Positions 61,801-64,000 of a DNA stretch of 64,000 nt are shown here, one piece after another. This DNA is from Azolla caroliniana (lineage: Eukaryota; Plantae; Polypodiophyta). Under the pieces are notes generated by a model. The model was given only the letters and a program-made list of their open reading frames with translations, was not told where the DNA came from and did no database searches. Position 1 is the first letter of the stretch. Each line of letters begins with the position of its first letter. The stretch spans positions 6,324,001 through 6,388,000 of the forward strand of contig JBHGNT010000003.1 in assembly GCA_043228905.1 (NCBI GenBank), written 5' to 3'. The position numbers and the translations under genes are program-made.

Positions 61801-62961
61801 GACAACCTTAACCTCCAAACTTATGGTAGAGGGTCATATGCATAGCTCAGTTGTTCAAGATTAGTGGTCGAGATTTCTAGTTGTTATATTATAGGTTCAA
61901 ATCTCGAATCTCATATGAGAATCATTTGTTTGTACAATCGCTCCAAGGAGGGCTTGAACCTCCAAGCTTATGGTTAACAACCATACACTCTAACCAACTG
62001 AGCTATTGAAGCAATATTTTTGTATGACCAAAAATTGAAATGTTCACTATTAATGATTGAGACTTGTAGTTCAAATTTGATAGAATCAATTCCCATTTGA
62101 CAATGATTTTCTTGTATAATCATTGCAAAGACAACTTTAACCGCCAAACTTATGGTTAAGGGCCATATGCATAGGTGAATTGTTCCATATTAGTGGTCGA
62201 GATGTGTAGTTGCTTACCGTTGTATATGTTAAAATCTTGAATCTCATCTGAGAATCTTATATTTGTACAATCGCTCCAAGGAGGGCTTGAACCTCTGACT
62301 TTAAAGTAAACAGCCATACACTCTAACCAATTGAGTTATTGAAGCAATATGTTATATTACAAACAATTGAAATATCTAGTATCAATGATCGAGATTTGTA
62401 GTTCATATTTGATAGGGTCAAGTTCCATTTGCGTTTAAAATCACTTCAAGGACAATTTCAAGTGCCATATGAAGAGTTTAATTGAATCATGATTTGTAGT
62501 TGACGCTTTATAGGTTCAAATCTTGAATCTCATTTGAGAATCTTTTGTTTGTACAATCGCACCAAGGAGGATTTCCTTGATTTCCTTTCGCTTGTGCGGA
62601 TGCCATCGGGTCGTTATTATGAGCCATTGAATGATATTTGCTGACAAAGAAATAGGATAAGGTCATACAAATAGTCATAACATCATGTCGTGATGTAAAC
62701 ATAGCATGGGCAAACATTAGTCGATATCTTGATTGCACGTTAATACCCCTCTAGACGTATGAGATGAGGTTCAAGATCAGGTTACTATGGTAACACAAAG
62801 GTGCTTTAAAAACCATGGGGGTGACAAATGAATGTCTTCCTTGATCTCTATATTGATTGTTTTTCATGGCGGCTCCCGAAGGCGCAACCATGTATTTTTG
62901 CATCATGAATAGTTTAAACACGTAAAAATGTTAACAATAAATTGTCTCTATGGCCACGCAT

Positions 62962-63141
62962 GTGGTTTCAGCTCTTTTAGTCCTATTACGAGGACCCCGA
63001 AGTGCACTTAGACCTAAAGTCTAAACATTTGTTATAGTCATATGTATCAACGTGGTTTCAGCTCTTTAAGTCCTATTACGAGGACCTCGAAGTGCACTTA
63101 GACCTAAAGTCTAAACATGTGTTATAGTCATATGTATCAAC
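62962..63141. repeat. 90-bp tandem duplication
   Basis: gtggtttcagctc...gtcctattacgaggacc..gaagtgcacttagacctaaagtctaaaca..gttatagtcatatgtatcaac x2. Confidence 0.85.
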
Positions 63142-63921
63142 AATGTTGTATGGTCTTGATCATATTTGAACTCAAGACCTCGAGAACAAATGCATTAAAC
63201 ACTTGAGTTAACAAATCGATTTGCTCATCTTGAATATTTAATATTTTATGTGTATAAATTATGTGCAAAGGCATTTGCCCATATATGTGTTTTAAAAGAA
63301 AACATATATGTCGAGAGTCCTTATTTCCCCCTTGTTTACTACAAAACTATGTTGGTACGTTACCTAACCTCAAGTCTCATAATTACGATGGCATACACCA
63401 AAGTGCAACCTAATGGTCAAGCCAAATGAGTCGTCTTTTCATAGTAGGCCCACATGACCTATCACGTGGTTACATCATTACGAATGCCTTCCGTAATGAT
63501 GATCTCATGGTGGCATCGTATCCATGTACGAGGGAGGGATGTTGGATACATGTGTCATAGGAGCGACCTCACATGAAGTGGGTCAAGCCCTACGCTCTCA
63601 ACATCATTGTGGCTATGATCGTTTCGTTATAACAGGTACCGAAATCGAAATGACCAACGGGGATGACAACAAAAAATTTGTTGAAAAAAGGATGTCACAA
63701 CGCCATTCTCACAAAAATTTGACAACGGCCACCAAGATCCTTTCCCCGAAAAGGACAACGTTCGATATACAAAATCACGTAATAACTGATATACACATAT
63801 GTATGTTTATCACGTGTATACGTTGTCGTAGTGTATTTTGTACACTACGTGAAAAACGTATATAGTATTAGATTCAATAAAAAAATGAAGAAATAGAAGA
63901 AAATAGCAAAATAAATGGAAC

Positions 63922-63990
63922 ATGCATAGGGCAAGATTCGAACCTTGCACCTCCATGTTAATAATGTAATGTCTTACCATTACACTAGCA
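63922..63990 (-). pseudogene. degenerate tRNA-like sequence (pseudogene or SINE head)
   Basis: Minus strand A-box-like TAGTGTAATGG and T-arm GCAAGGTTCGAATCTTGC; acceptor and anticodon stems pair poorly. Confidence 0.4.
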
Positions 63991-64000
63991 TTTCATTAGT

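Larger units (their letters stand above)
52538..62575 (-). repeat. tandem array of tRNA-Asn(GTT)-containing units (~310-380 bp, >20 copies, intact to degenerate)
   Basis: Recurrent cgctccaaggagggcttgaacctccgaccttatggttaacagccatacgctctaaccaactgagctattgaagc, alternating with a decayed tRNA-like sub-repeat (aactttaacctccaaacttatggttaagggccatatgc). Confidence 0.93.

Noticed and set aside
52538-62575. CRISPR-like repeat-spacer array
   Set aside because: Sequences between conserved blocks are homologous to each other, repeats are tRNA-derived, the context is eukaryotic and there are no cas genes.
63524-63865. 113-aa ORF near the window end
   Set aside because: No recognisable motif or splice context; likely spurious or a TE remnant.

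Overview
Land-plant nuclear DNA (intron-containing genes; a non-seed plant such as a fern or lycophyte is my guess, not demonstrated). The window holds two host genes: a complete 14-exon telomerase reverse transcriptase (TERT, +, ~13.3-23.6 kb, with one U12-type intron) and a 5-exon oil-body-associated DUF1264 gene (-, 27.7-29.7 kb). Around them is nested mobile DNA. An intact-ORF Ty1/copia element is inserted in a Ty3/gypsy element (1-10.9 kb), and a second, inverted copy of the same gypsy family (33.5-52.4 kb) lies inside an LTR-like segment that itself interrupts a ~11-kb tandem array built from tRNA-Asn(GTT). The most striking item is an 8.9-kb TIR DNA transposon (38134-47067, TCGA target duplication) nested in the gypsy integrase. 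It carries a Sola-like DDD/E transposase and, divergently, a spliced gene for a ParB/Srx-like domain fused to a bacterial-type beta-class N4C/N6A DNA methyltransferase. That gene's first intron contains an array of TCGA-containing palindromes. Both transposon genes are pseudogenised in this copy. Gene models and coordinates were read by eye; no searches were run.
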